This document shows, in pieces, positions 20,114 through 30,239 of a stretch of DNA of 64,000 nt. A program made the position numbers and the translations under genes. The notes below the pieces were generated by a model. That model made no database searches, was not told the origin of the DNA, and was given only the letters and a program-made list of their open reading frames with translations. Source of the stretch: an uncultured delta proteobacterium (GTDB lineage: Bacteria; Desulfobacterota; Binatia; UBA9968); contig CAVTUQ010000003.1 in assembly GCA_963737905.1 (NCBI GenBank), forward strand, positions 1 to 64,000, read 5' to 3'. How positions within the stretch are numbered: position 1 is the stretch's first letter; each line of letters opens with the position of its first letter.

Positions 20114-21346
20114 ATGGCTCAACCGGTCCCGCAAGGATATTTCGCTCACAACACAGAGGTTCTGGGGTACCACGACCTCAACGGCAGGCCCGCCTTCAAA
20201 CTGGCAATGCAGGAAATGAACGGCCGCTGGTATCTCTACCTCGCGCATCTCTGGCACCAGGGTTGGAGCATTCTCGATGTCACCGATCCAACGGCGCCGC
20301 ACTTTATCGCCTTCCTGCCCGGCCCGGAAAACACCTGGACCATCCAAATCCAAGTGGCCGATGGCAAGATGATGACTGCCTTGGAGCGCATTGCGCCGGG
20401 ATGGGGCGGTATTGAAGGAAAAGATCACGCCGAAGGGGTTTTGATCTGGGATGTGAGTGAGCCGGCCAAACCCAGACAACTTGGCCACTACCGGACCGGC
20501 AGCACGGGGACACATCGAAATTTCTACGACGGCGGAAACCTGATACATGTCGCCGGTGGCGCACCGGGCTATGATGGAAAGATTTATCACATCGTTGACA
20601 TTTCGGATCCGACAAAACCCGAGCAACTCTCCTATTTCGCGCTCGATGGTCAAAAGAAGGGAGCGCCGAAGACGGGGGCTAAGTTTTCGCTCCACGGACC
20701 GGCTCATATCGAGACGGACAGAGCCTATCTGCCCTATGGCGACGGTGGCGGGATTATTCTCGACATCTCGGATATCAAAAATCCGCGAATGATCAGCCAG
20801 CTCGCCTTTCGCGGGATCACCGCGAGTCAGGGGATCCATACCTTTCTCCCTTTGCCGCGCCGCAGGATCGCCTTGATCAATGACGAAGCGATTCGTGAGC
20901 ACGGCGATGAAGATCTGAACTTGGCCGGCATCGTTGATATCGGCAACGAAAAACAACCCCGGTTGATCTCGCTCTTTCCCCTGCCCGAGCCACCGCCGGA
21001 GAGCGGACTAAAGAACTTCTACGAAAAAGGCGGCCGTTTCGGCCCGCACAATCAGCACCATCCAAATCACCAAGCTTGCCTGGAGGATCGTGACGATATT
21101 GCCTACCTGACGTACTTTAACGCCGGCTTGAGGGTCTATGATATCCGCGACGCGCGCGCGCCGAAAGAGATTGGCTATTTCATACCGCCCGACCCGAAAA
21201 CGAGAATCGGCACCAAGCCGAGCCAGTTGGTTGGGCAAACGGAAGATGTTTTGGTGGATCGGCGCGGCTGTATCTATATCAGCGACAAAAACTTGGGTAT
21301 CTATATTCTACGATTGAGGACAATCTGGCCTTACACCGACCTGTGA
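20114..21346 (+). CDS. LVIVD-repeat protein
   Basis: Repeated ILDVTDP/IVDISDP/ILDISD; RFGPHN; YFNAGLRVYDI. Confidence 0.85.
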   Translation: MAQPVPQGYFAHNTEVLGYHDLNGRPAFKLAMQEMNGRWYLYLAHLWHQGWSILDVTDPTAPHFIAFLPGPENTWTIQIQVADGKMMTALERIAPGWGGIEGKDHAEGVLIWDVSEPAKPRQLGHYRTGSTGTHRNFYDGGNLIHVAGGAPGYDGKIYHIVDISDPTKPEQLSYFALDGQKKGAPKTGAKFSLHGPAHIETDRAYLPYGDGGGIILDISDIKNPRMISQLAFRGITASQGIHTFLPLPRRRIALINDEAIREHGDEDLNLAGIVDIGNEKQPRLISLFPLPEPPPESGLKNFYEKGGRFGPHNQHHPNHQACLEDRDDIAYLTYFNAGLRVYDIRDARAPKEIGYFIPPDPKTRIGTKPSQLVGQTEDVLVDRRGCIYISDKNLGIYILRLRTIWPYTDL

Positions 21347-21397
21347 GGCGGGCTATCCATAGATAAAGCATCCGACGAAGCTTGAAAGACTAAACGT

Positions 21398-21685
21398 GTG
21401 GCAGAAGCAGCCGATAACAAGAATTGGAAATGTCTGAACATCTCTGTCACGGACAAGGAGTCGGGCGAGGTTATCGAATACAAAATCCACTTCTACCGGA
21501 AGCGCAATGGATGGTATGATGAGGTCCGTTATGACAGCCACGAAATCAAAAGAGGAAGGAAGACTCTCGTCCCCCACCTCCACATGAAGCTTGGTACTCC
21601 GTTCAAAGATTCTGAGAAAGGCGAAGCCGAGCTCAGGCGAATCATTGACGGCATATTGCCGGAACTTAAGGAGATAACCCGATGA
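21398..21685 (+). CDS. Putative toxin, DUF6516/TumE-like
   Basis: VRYDSH...PHLH motif; ATGA overlap with a small downstream partner. Confidence 0.5.
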   Translation: MAEAADNKNWKCLNISVTDKESGEVIEYKIHFYRKRNGWYDEVRYDSHEIKRGRKTLVPHLHMKLGTPFKDSEKGEAELRRIIDGILPELKEITR

Positions 21686-21951
21686 GCCGCATCTTAGCCA
21701 TCAAGGGAACCGAAGGCGAAAGAGAAGTGGATTACGCTGCCCTCTCGCTGAAAGAGATTCAAAAAAGGATTAAGGCCTATGAGAAACAGTATGGCAGCTA
21801 CGCCAAATTCCTAAGGGGTTACGATTGCGAGTCCGGAACCCCGGAGGACTATCTCATCCTAATCGACTGGGAATGCCTGCTAGCTGAAATCAAAGGTAGA
21901 AAAAGGGGGAAACTCTCCCTGATTCGAGGCGGCAAGAAAAAACCCCGGTAG
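21682..21951 (+). CDS. Putative antitoxin, TumA-like
   Basis: I.AYEKQYG...F...Y......D....DW pattern; 89 aa; coupled to upstream gene. Confidence 0.5.
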   Translation: MSRILAIKGTEGEREVDYAALSLKEIQKRIKAYEKQYGSYAKFLRGYDCESGTPEDYLILIDWECLLAEIKGRKRGKLSLIRGGKKKPR

Positions 21952-22047
21952 CCCGAAACTCAGCTCAACTCCAAATTACATAGGGCGGACCCGACGGCTC
22001 ATCTTTATCTAACCTTCACAGACGATATCTCGGTACAGTGAGGCGCA

Positions 22048-22380
22048 TCATTTTTTTTCTGGCATCATCGACTCTGGAAAATACTTCGACGGCGCCCAGA
22101 CGTTGGCCGTAAAACTGCGGCAGCCCAGAATGCGCAGCTCGCGCATGATGCGGATGTAGTCCTGTGAATCGATAAAATCGCGCCAGTCGTCCAATGTTTC
22201 GAAGTCGATAGTGATCGCAACCTGCGGCGTCACTTCAAGAGGATTTCGGTAATTGCGAACTTCCAGCACACCTTTGTGAGAAAGCGTTACCGGCAACCAA
22301 TCGTTCTTTGCCTTGTTGGCGTAAATGGTGAGGTTGGCTTTCTGATCCGGCAGGTCCCATTGAATGACGAAGTGCACCAT
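22048..22380 (-). CDS. Hypothetical protein, probable dimeric alpha/beta-barrel (DUF1330/EthD-like)
   Basis: IDFETLDDWRDFIDSQDY pattern; TAATG coupling with the SDR stop. Confidence 0.55.
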   Translation of the reverse strand: MVHFVIQWDLPDQKANLTIYANKAKNDWLPVTLSHKGVLEVRNYRNPLEVTPQVAITIDFETLDDWRDFIDSQDYIRIMRELRILGCRSFTANVWAPSKYFPESMMPEKK

Positions 22381-23173
22381 TATTGAATCCCCCGTACCAA
22401 GCCACCGTCGATTTGAATCGTCGTGCCCGTAATATAGCTCGCGCGCTCAGATCCCAAGAAACACAATCAGGTCCGCGGTTTCTTCCGCTGTGCCATAGCG
22501 TCCCAACGGAACCTCGGCGGCCATCTCACGGTTGATCTCTTCCACGGGCCGCTTGAGGCGGTCGGCGCGCGCCTTATTTAGTTTCTGAGCGCGTTCGGTG
22601 TCGATTCGCCCCGGGCAAACGTTATTGATCAGTATGTTATCCGTTCGCCAGTTCCCGTGACAGGGTTTTCGCCATACCGATGACGCCGCTGCGAACCGCG
22701 TTCGACAGGACTAAGCCGGCGATGGGCTCTTTGACAGAATATGAAGTGATGTTAATCACGCGGCCTCCGCCGACTTTGCGCATATGCGGCACGGCTTCAC
22801 GGGTCATCCGCATTGTGCTCATGAAACTTAGATTATAAGCGTTGTTCCAATCTTCATCGGTGAACTTCATGAACTCTCCCGGAGGCGGACCGCCTGCGTT
22901 ATTGACGATAATGTCGACGCGGCCGAAATGCTCGGCACTTTTATTGACAAAGTGCTGGATGTCTTCAGCCTTCGCCATGTCGGCCACCATCGATAAAACC
23001 TCACCACTGGTTTCCTTCCGAATCATCGCGGCGGCCTCGTTGAGCACCGCCTCACCCCGCGCGCACATGCTGACCTTCGCGCCTTCACGCGCAAACGCCA
23101 AGGCGGTGGCTCGTCCCATGCCCTGGCTCGCACCCGCCACCAGCGCGACTTTGTCCTTCAGTCCAAGATCCAT
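22380..23173 (-). CDS. SDR family oxidoreductase (two +1 frameshifts, ~22642 and ~22453)
   Basis: GASQGMG, NNAGGP, SNAVR; after the indels reads DNILINNVCPGRIDTER...SERASYITGTTIQIDGG. Confidence 0.88.
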
Positions 23174-23250
23174 CCTCGATCCCCCTAGTTTTTAGAAGTG
23201 TGCCGGATAGTATCAGACCCATCTGAGAGGGTCAAAAAGGATAGGTAAAG

Positions 23251-23338
23251 CGGAGTTTAGAGGGCGGAAGTCAAAGATCAGGCCGCAAAAAAACAGAGAT
23301 CAGAAGTCGACAATTTTTGACCGACTTCCGACCTCTGT
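23251..23338. repeat. Heptamer hairpin, CAGAAGT family
   Basis: CGGAAGT CAAAGAT CAG..CAGAGAT CAGAAGT...GACTTCC GACCTCTG. Confidence 0.6.
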
Positions 23339-23340
23339 TT

Positions 23341-23586
23341 TCACTTCTGCTGCCAGTAGATGTTGTCGCGAAACTCGGGATGGAGACGTTTGATGTAAAG
23401 ACAAAGCATGCCGTGCACCCCCAGCTGGCGCAACTTTCGAGGATCCCCGGCTCTGAGGGCCGCTTTTTCTTCGGCGGTAAGATCGTATTCTCCCATTACG
23501 GATTCAAAATCCGATTGCGCTCTTTTAACACACGACTCGTTCATTTTAAGCTCAAAGAGTAAACGACTAAGATGATAGCAACTCAT
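23341..23586 (-). CDS. LigA-like extradiol dioxygenase alpha subunit
   Basis: YHLSRLLF, YDLTAEEKAALRAGD...L..LGVH; downstream of the LigB-like gene. Confidence 0.8.
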   Translation of the reverse strand: MSCYHLSRLLFELKMNESCVKRAQSDFESVMGEYDLTAEEKAALRAGDPRKLRQLGVHGMLCLYIKRLHPEFRDNIYWQQK

Positions 23587-23628
23587 AATGGCCTCCCCGG
23601 CTCTACAGGTTGCTGAAAACTCTGATTA

Positions 23629-23745
23629 CAGGCTGCTCAAAAAGATCTCCCAGAGGCGAGGCGCGCAACTTCGCATATAGCTGATAGCTTATGGCATATG
23701 GCTTTGACCATACGAGCCATACGCCATAAGCCAAATAGCAGCCTG
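23629..23745. mobile_element. MITE-like element copy 1 (chimeric, interior replaced by a heptamer hairpin)
   Basis: Left end CAGGCTGCTCAAAAAG..CAGAGGCGAGGCGCGC matches the 33617 copy; right end GCAGCCTG-CTAG; extra left end at 23606. Confidence 0.65.
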
Positions 23746-24609
23746 CTAGAGTTTCCAACTGACAAAGCCCCACCCCGTCGCGACGAAGTCCGGCATGTAC
23801 GAAGTATAGGAAGCTTTAGCGTCGCCAACGCTGCCGACGACTACCATCCAGTTGAGAAACTCGCTATCTCCCGCTTTTAACAGTTCCTCGACGGAGTAGT
23901 TGGCAAGGTTTGGACCCTTGCCCTGTCGCATCACTTCCAAGAGTTCATGATCAAATTGCGTATCGATCTCACCGATGCGTGGCGAACCGGGAAAATGGGA
24001 TAAACCCCCAGTAGCAAGAATTGCCACTCGCTCCGACGATTTCGCGGCAACCTCTCGGATCAGCTCACCGACTTGATAGCAGCGTTTAGGCGTCGGAGCC
24101 GGGTCGACCCAGGTGTTTACGTAAATGGGTAGAATCGGAATCTTGGGTTCGGGCAAAAGGAAATAAAGCGGAACGTTTTGCGTGTGCTGCAACTCGATGT
24201 GTTCGCCGAAGGACAAATCAATCCCCTTGTCCATACCCGCGCGCAGGATCGCGCGTCCAAGCTCTTTGTGGTTTCGATAGTGAAACTTGTGCCGGGTAAA
24301 TTGCCCTTTGACCTCGTCCGCTAGGGTTACGAAAAACGTCGGAATATTGTTCCAAAAAAAATTGACAAACTGATCGTTGGCGACGACGATCAGCACGTCC
24401 GGTTTCGCCTGCTCCATATCGGCACGAAGCACGCCAAAAGCTTCCTCGGCATCCTGTCTGAGCTTTTTCTGCTGTTCCAACGTGGGCCGGGTGGCGGAGC
24501 CCTGCGCCGCCATACTGTAGTGGAGATTCATAAAGTCTTCCCACTCGGCTCCGGGTTCGAGGAGAATGTTGGGAGCATGGCTTGCCGCCAACGCGGAGAC
24601 TAGAGGCAT
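23746..24609 (-). CDS. LigB-like class III extradiol ring-cleavage dioxygenase
   Basis: ASHAP, PDVLIVVANDQF.NFF.NNIP.F, ILATGGLSHFP. Confidence 0.88.
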   Translation of the reverse strand: MPLVSALAASHAPNILLEPGAEWEDFMNLHYSMAAQGSATRPTLEQQKKLRQDAEEAFGVLRADMEQAKPDVLIVVANDQFVNFFWNNIPTFFVTLADEVKGQFTRHKFHYRNHKELGRAILRAGMDKGIDLSFGEHIELQHTQNVPLYFLLPEPKIPILPIYVNTWVDPAPTPKRCYQVGELIREVAAKSSERVAILATGGLSHFPGSPRIGEIDTQFDHELLEVMRQGKGPNLANYSVEELLKAGDSEFLNWMVVVGSVGDAKASYTSYMPDFVATGWGFVSWKL

Positions 24610-24641
24610 CGTTCATTCCTCCTTTGTTGGGAAAAGACCCT

Positions 24642-24788
24642 TTACATGATCCGGTACCCTCTCACCGACCAATACACCAACGAGATAACAACGACAACCG
24701 ATATGATCGGGTGCTCCAGAACCCAGTTGAGTCCCGGCTCCAGGGCATACCGAAGTGTAAGATCAAAAAACTTGCTAAGCCGATCCAT
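24642..24788 (-). CDS. 48-aa small membrane protein (below the ORF-track cutoff)
   Basis: MDRLSKFFDLTLRYALEPGLNWVLEHPIISVVVVISLVYWSVRGYRIM*; AAGGGAG upstream; one TM helix. Confidence 0.6.
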   Translation of the reverse strand: MDRLSKFFDLTLRYALEPGLNWVLEHPIISVVVVISLVYWSVRGYRIM

Positions 24789-25438
24789 GATTCGCGCTCC
24801 CTTCTTCGAACCGCCTAAGCGGGCTATAAAACCCCTCTATGATAATAGAACCCCACGGTATCGAAAAGCTAAAAATCATGAGCCGGCCAACCACCACGCA
24901 TCCGCGCCCTCATTCTGATTGAATCGCAACAGGGCGGAACAAATCCCTCGACAAGGCTTAACTAGCTCGAACGCTTCCAAAGAGAGGGATGCTTAGCAAA
25001 CATTAGGGGAGGGTTTAGGTATTTCAAGGTATCGGTAGGCTACTGAGACGACAAAATATGACTCATCTCGCAGCGCAAACCGCATCAACCCGCCGAGTTC
25101 AAATCCCTTGCTTGCGTCGAGGCTGGAGCTGCCGACTATCCGGTCTCTGCTGATTGAGTCTTACAGGCTCTTTGGGCCGGGGGCCGCCGGTCCTTCTTAT
25201 TGAAGGCAAACAGAAGTGTGATACCCCGTCGATATCGGTGTGGATAAGGTAGCTTTCGGCAACGCGGTGGCGGCTCTCTTCTTGTGGTTCGCCGTCGTCG
25301 AGTAACTCAACGGTCAGTTCATCTATCCAAACTCGTTGACAATAATTTTATGTGTTCATCCATGTTCCTATGACCAACCGCTTTGCTCGTGCGACGCGCG
25401 GAGGGCTGGAAATGTTGGCGATTTTGATAAATCGGGTG

Positions 25439-25511
<73 letters not shown>

Positions 25512-25546
25512 ACAGCGTTGAAATATTGCTTAAAAGGTAGGGGGAG

Positions 25547-26521
25547 TCAAGGTTGCGATCTGCGTTTGCGATTTTTTTTTGCCCGATCCTCGATAAAGTC
25601 GACGACCTGACTTTCCAGGCAAACGCCATTGAGCGAGTTGATTTCCTGAATTCCTGTGGGACTAGTAACATTGACTTCGGTTAGATAGCTGCCGATCACG
25701 TCGAGGCCGACAAAGTATAGGCCGTCTTGTCGAAGCAGCGGCGATAAGGCTTCGCAGATCTCCCTGTCCCGTGGCGTTATCTCTGTGCGCGCACACTGCC
25801 CCCCGACATGAATATTGCCCCGGGTCTCTTCCTCCAAGGGAACTCGCAACACCGCGCCCAGCGGCTCGCCGTTGAGCACAATAATCCGTTTATCTCCCTG
25901 GCGGATCTCCGGCAAATAGCGCTGTCCCATCAAAAGCTTTTGGCCGTTATTTGTCGCCGCTTCCAAGATCGAGTTGGTATTACGATCTTGTTGATTGAGG
26001 TAGAACACACCGCTACCGCCAGCGCCATCCAACGGCTTGACGATCATCTCGCCGCCGAGCTCCGCCATGAACTCTTTAAGCCGTTGCATATCGCTGGTCA
26101 CAAGCGTCTGCGGAATCTGCTCAGGGAAACGCAGCGCGTAGAGTTTTTCGTTGGCCTCCCGCAACCCACGAGGATTATTCATCACAAAACATTTGTCCTC
26201 GTTCACCAGACTGAGAAGATGGGTAGAAAAGAAAAACTTCATGTCGAACGGCGGATCCTTGCGCATGAGGACGACGTCAAAGTCCTCCAGCGCGCCGGTT
26301 TCGAATTCGCCCAGTCGATAATGGGGTGTCCGGCGAGCGACATGAACTCGACGCGAACGCCCGTATGGGCTCCCACCCCGAATGAAGAGGTCGTCGAGCT
26401 CCATGTAGTGGACTTCATGATTCCGCTGCTGGGCTTCGAGCAACAGGACAAAAGTGGTGTCTTTGTCGATGTTAATTTTTTCAATGGGGTCCATCACGAC
26501 CCCGATTTTTAGTACCTGCAT
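25547..26521 (-). CDS. gshB: Glutathione synthase
   Basis: VMDPI, KDTT, MRKDPPFD, ANEKL, KPLDG.GG.G, RGNIHVGG, EVNVTSPTG. Confidence 0.96.
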   Translation of the reverse strand: MQVLKIGVVMDPIEKINIDKDTTFVLLLEAQQRNHEVHYMELDDLFIRGGSPYGRSRRVHVARRTPHYRLGEFETGALEDFDVVLMRKDPPFDMKFFFSTHLLSLVNEDKCFVMNNPRGLREANEKLYALRFPEQIPQTLVTSDMQRLKEFMAELGGEMIVKPLDGAGGSGVFYLNQQDRNTNSILEAATNNGQKLLMGQRYLPEIRQGDKRIIVLNGEPLGAVLRVPLEEETRGNIHVGGQCARTEITPRDREICEALSPLLRQDGLYFVGLDVIGSYLTEVNVTSPTGIQEINSLNGVCLESQVVDFIEDRAKKNRKRRSQP

Positions 26522-26543
26522 AGCTTTTTTCGCTTGTTGGCTG

Positions 26544-27222
26544 CTAATCCCTGATCACCCAGGTGTCGAGCTAAAAAGTCGTGCCAGCCTCTCTTCTCCC
26601 GGCTCCACAGAATCCACAGAAAGCCTAACAACACGGGAGCGAAACCCACCATTCCAAGCCAGCGTAAAAAAGCTCGCCGGTACGTGACATCGCTTCGTTC
26701 TGCTCCCACGACTCGGAGTCCCAACAGCCACTTCCCGACGGTCTTTCCTTCGATACCATGAAACACCACAAAATACGCTGTGGCCAAACCGATCCATCCC
26801 CACGTAAACAAGGTCAAAAACTGCGTTGCATGCTCCCAGGTCAGCGCGCGTCCGTGCGCCGATAATCCTACCTTGTAACCTACATAGCACATGAAAAACA
26901 TTATGATGGAAAGCCCCAGGATGACGACCCCATCGAGCGTGAATGCACAAGCGCGGCGAAAGAACCCGCCCCAACGAATTTCTGGAATCGATGGGATCGC
27001 CGGCTCTATGACGGGTCGCTCGGGTTCCGACTTTTGTTCAACAGAACTTTGCCAATCCTCCGCCACCGCGACGTCGCCAAGCTCAAAGGGCTCTTCACGA
27101 GTCAGCGCGAATTCTTCCCGTTTGGAACCGAATGTGACCCGCCGGCGGAGCGGTAGGGCGCCACACTGCGGACATTTCTCGTCTGAAGGAAGAATCGGGT
27201 ATTCGCAATTTTGACAATTCAT
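26544..27222 (-). CDS. RDD family protein with N-terminal zinc ribbon (+1 indel near the 3' end)
   Basis: CxxC..CxxC; GFFRRACAF..D, GKTVGKWLLGLRVV, GWHDFLARTWV after correction. Confidence 0.85.
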
Positions 27223-27231
27223 AAGTTCGAG

Positions 27232-27291
27232 GTAATTCTGAGCGAAGCGAAGAATCTGGCTGCGAGACCCTTCACTCCAGCTCAGGGTGAC
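27232..27291. repeat. REP-like hairpin (GTAATTCTGAGCGAAGCGAAG...CTCAGGGTGAC)
   Basis: Imperfect palindrome between co-oriented genes; related arm near 49414-49436. Confidence 0.6.
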
Positions 27292-27372
27292 AATACCTTA
27301 GAGAACGGCGGTAAACCAGATCGCAAAGTCTGCTTGCAAAATCTAATTTCTAAGGTCTCCAGGCAAGAGCAT

Positions 27373-28116
27373 CTATCCCATATCTCCCCACAAAAATTGG
27401 ACAACCGACAAGGCTGCAAGAGCTGCCGTCTCGGACCGAAGGATTCGGCGTCCTAATTGCACCGACCTAAAACCGTGCCGCCGCGTTTCATCTGCTTCCT
27501 CGGCACTGAAGCCTCCTTCAGGCCCGATAACCAGCAGAATCGTTTGCACGTTACGCTCCGTCTCGTAAACTTGCTTCAAGGTCAGTTGCCCTTCCCTCTC
27601 CCAGAAAAGAAGCTTCAGGCTATCGGTCCGGGGCTGTCTCACGAGCTCCCGGAACTCACAAAGCGTGAGAATTTTTGGAACAAGAGTACGGCCGCACTGC
27701 TTTGCCGCGCTAAGAGCAATTCGTTGCCAGCGTCCGGTACGGGTTTCGATCTTTCGGTCGTTTAACTTTGGAACTGTGTAGCTCGATATAAAGGGGATTA
27801 TGGTCTGAACTCCCAGCTCCGTCGCTTTCTCTACGACAAAGTCCGTTTTTTCGCCCTTGGTCAACCCCAAGGCTAGGGTTATTTGCAATGGAGATTCTCG
27901 TTCGGGCCGGTAGGATCGAAGAATGTCGATGTCGCCTCGGTTAGCGCTGAAAGAGCGAATGACCGCGTCATGCTCCCAGCCCGTATCATCGAAGACAGTC
28001 AAGTGATCGCCCGGTCCCAGCCGCAACACCTTTCTGAGATGCGCGAGCTCTTCCCCAACAATCGTGCCGCGTTGGTCCTGGATTCTTTCTCTAGCTAAAA
28101 AAAATCGAGCCATCAA
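27373..28116 (-). CDS. rsmE: 16S rRNA m3U1498 methyltransferase
   Basis: HLRKVLRL, EKATELGV, AAKQCGR, IGPEGGFS..E, LGRRILRSETA. Confidence 0.96.
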   Translation of the reverse strand: MMARFFLARERIQDQRGTIVGEELAHLRKVLRLGPGDHLTVFDDTGWEHDAVIRSFSANRGDIDILRSYRPERESPLQITLALGLTKGEKTDFVVEKATELGVQTIIPFISSYTVPKLNDRKIETRTGRWQRIALSAAKQCGRTLVPKILTLCEFRELVRQPRTDSLKLLFWEREGQLTLKQVYETERNVQTILLVIGPEGGFSAEEADETRRHGFRSVQLGRRILRSETAALAALSVVQFLWGDMG

Positions 28117-28120
28117 ACTC

Positions 28121-28987
28121 CTACCTTCGGCGGAGCAACAGCGTCACCCATTCCTTTTCCCGTTTGCGTGCCATAGCTTTGAAATTTGCGGCGAATTCAG
28201 TTATCACCTGTTGGGCCTTTGGATGCAAAATGCCGGAGAAAATCAGGAAACCATTGGGAGCGACCTTGCTCTCTAACTCCCCCGCTAAATCTAGAATCGT
28301 CTCCGCCGTCAGATTCGCGACCACCAAAGAAAATGACTTTCTAATTCGGCTCAGCTTCGCTTCGGATAGGTGAATTTTGTCGTGTACATGATTGCAATCT
28401 AGATTTTTTCGCGCGGCCTTCAAAGCTATGGGATCCACGTCCACCGCCCAAACGTTTCTTGCTCCCAACTTGGCCAAGGCGATGGCCAAAATCCCCGACC
28501 CCGTGCCTACGTCCAGGGCGCTGAACTCAGTTTCACGAAACAAAGCCGCGACCTGCTCAATGAACTCCATACAGCCGCGGGTCGTCGCGTGCGTCCCCGT
28601 ACCGAACGCCATACCCGGCTCGATGGTGATCACGTGCCGGTGGCGCGACATGGGTGGAGTCGCCCACGGCGGTGTCACCCAGAAAGCTTTGCCGATCTTC
28701 TGTGGAGGAAAAAATCTGTGCCATGAGCTGTTCCAATTTCGGTCCTTGAGAACCTTCCAGCGAATGCGTGGCGGGTCATCGTCGGGGTAAATTCCGCTGA
28801 TGCCCCGGAGGAAACGTCGAACGTCCTTTTTAATGGAGCCATTGGCGCTTGAGCTAGCGAAGTAGGCCCGGACTTCCCGTTTCCTAATCACAACGCCCGG
28901 CGATCCTCGCTCGATAAGAAAGTTCGATATTGCGTCGAAGGCCGAAGGATCCGTCCAGACGGAAAGTTGCAACCAGGAGGAAGGCAC
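28121..28987 (-). CDS. prmA: Ribosomal protein L11 methyltransferase
   Basis: IEPGMAFGTGTHATT, LDVGTGSGILA, VVANL; upstream of rsmE. Confidence 0.95.
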   Translation of the reverse strand: MPSSWLQLSVWTDPSAFDAISNFLIERGSPGVVIRKREVRAYFASSSANGSIKKDVRRFLRGISGIYPDDDPPRIRWKVLKDRNWNSSWHRFFPPQKIGKAFWVTPPWATPPMSRHRHVITIEPGMAFGTGTHATTRGCMEFIEQVAALFRETEFSALDVGTGSGILAIALAKLGARNVWAVDVDPIALKAARKNLDCNHVHDKIHLSEAKLSRIRKSFSLVVANLTAETILDLAGELESKVAPNGFLIFSGILHPKAQQVITEFAANFKAMARKREKEWVTLLLRRR

Positions 28988-29105
28988 GATTTTTTATGCC
29001 ATAGCGACCCATTGGGATCAATCAACGCGGTATTTAGTAACCACCATCCTTGTCAAAATCCTTCCTTCCATATAAGGACAGGGTTCAATAAGAAAGGAAG
29101 TAGCC

Positions 29106-30176
29106 ATGAAACTAGCCTCGATCAAACCTAACGAGCTCGCTGTGGTTCGAGATGATACGTGGATTGCCGTAGGTGAAACCCTGGCCCGCGACGGGGCATT
29201 ACCTAACGACTTTTCGATGCTGGACCTGATCGAAAAATACGCATCCCTAAAAAGCTCATTGGCCAAAGCTCTTGACAAGGGGAATGCAACAAAGATCGAT
29301 GCCAAGCTTCTGAAACCACCGGTGGAAAGGCCCTCCAAGATCTGGGCCGCAGCCGGCAATTATAAGCGGGGCAGCGAAGGACTGGGTGATGCCCGCGGCC
29401 GAGGAAGCGCCTCGAGGACTTCGCCGGAAGAGCTTCTCGAAAATATCTTTCTAAAACCGCCGTCCGCCATCGCCGGGCCTGAAGACAATATTCTGATTCC
29501 CAAAAACGCCGATTCGATCTTCCCGGAGCTGGAACTTTGCGTCGTCATTGGCAAACGAGCTCGCCACTTGAGCGAAGAACAAGCCTTCGACTCCATTTTC
29601 GGTTACACGATTATGCTCGACGTGACTGCCCGTGGCTATGGCTTGAGCAAGAATCTTTCGGGTACCCGCAACGTGCGCAAGGGTTTTGAAACATTTGCAC
29701 CCATTGGGCCTTGGATCACCACAAAAGATGAAGTCTCCGATCCTCACAATCTTTGGATGAAGCTTTGGATTAACGGCGAACTCAAACAATCGGCAAAGAC
29801 CGACGCGATGATCAATGATATCGCAACGCAAGTGAGTTTTTTATCGCAAGTCACAACCCTATATCCGGGCGATCTGATCACGACCGGAAACCCGGACTCT
29901 CCGGAATTCCAAGAAAAGCTCAAACCGGGCGATGTTTTGAAAGCCGAGATCGAGGGCATCGGCGCTATGAGTCTCGGCGTGGCGAAAGAAAATGAGATTC
30001 AGATGAGCGAGTTATTTTTGAATGTCGGGAGATCCGTAGCACATTCAAAACAGAGGCGTAGTTCAAAGTGTTCAATCAAGAACGTTTCACTCGGCTTCCG
30101 AGCACTCCGCTCGTGTCCAAGCCCAATACTCTATCCTCCCCTCGCGACGACGGGGAAGGATGAAGGAATGGGTTGA
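29106..30176 (+). CDS. Fumarylacetoacetate hydrolase family protein (C-terminus probably over-extended into a repeat; core ends ~29995)
   Basis: FLKPPS, ELELCVVIGK, GYTIMLDVTAR, KGFETFAPIGP, TLYPGDLITTG. Confidence 0.9.
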   Translation: MKLASIKPNELAVVRDDTWIAVGETLARDGALPNDFSMLDLIEKYASLKSSLAKALDKGNATKIDAKLLKPPVERPSKIWAAAGNYKRGSEGLGDARGRGSASRTSPEELLENIFLKPPSAIAGPEDNILIPKNADSIFPELELCVVIGKRARHLSEEQAFDSIFGYTIMLDVTARGYGLSKNLSGTRNVRKGFETFAPIGPWITTKDEVSDPHNLWMKLWINGELKQSAKTDAMINDIATQVSFLSQVTTLYPGDLITTGNPDSPEFQEKLKPGDVLKAEIEGIGAMSLGVAKENEIQMSELFLNVGRSVAHSKQRRSSKCSIKNVSLGFRALRSCPSPILYPPLATTGKDEGMG

Positions 30177-30190
30177 AGGTTTTAACGCTG
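30043..30190. repeat. Composite repeat (GTTCAA arms with a CCTCCCC..GGGGAAGG core)
   Basis: GTTCAAAGTGTTCAA arm, internal hairpin, TTGAAGG arm; related to 61093-61198. Confidence 0.5.
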
Positions 30191-30239
30191 AAACAGAACT
30201 CAATCGTTGCCTCGGTCATGAGAAGGTAAAAGACGGATT

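Noticed and set aside
20108-20956. Long antisense ORFs (also 56142-57260, 25808-26512, 35999-36682)
   Set aside because: Shadows of well-supported genes on the opposite strand, expected at this GC content
25060-25365. GAGTTCAAATCCC T-loop-like motif and a possible minus-strand ORF (IDELTVELLDDGE...) downstream of tRNA-Phe
   Set aside because: The flanks do not form a T-stem, and the ORF has no clean start without assuming errors; left unassigned
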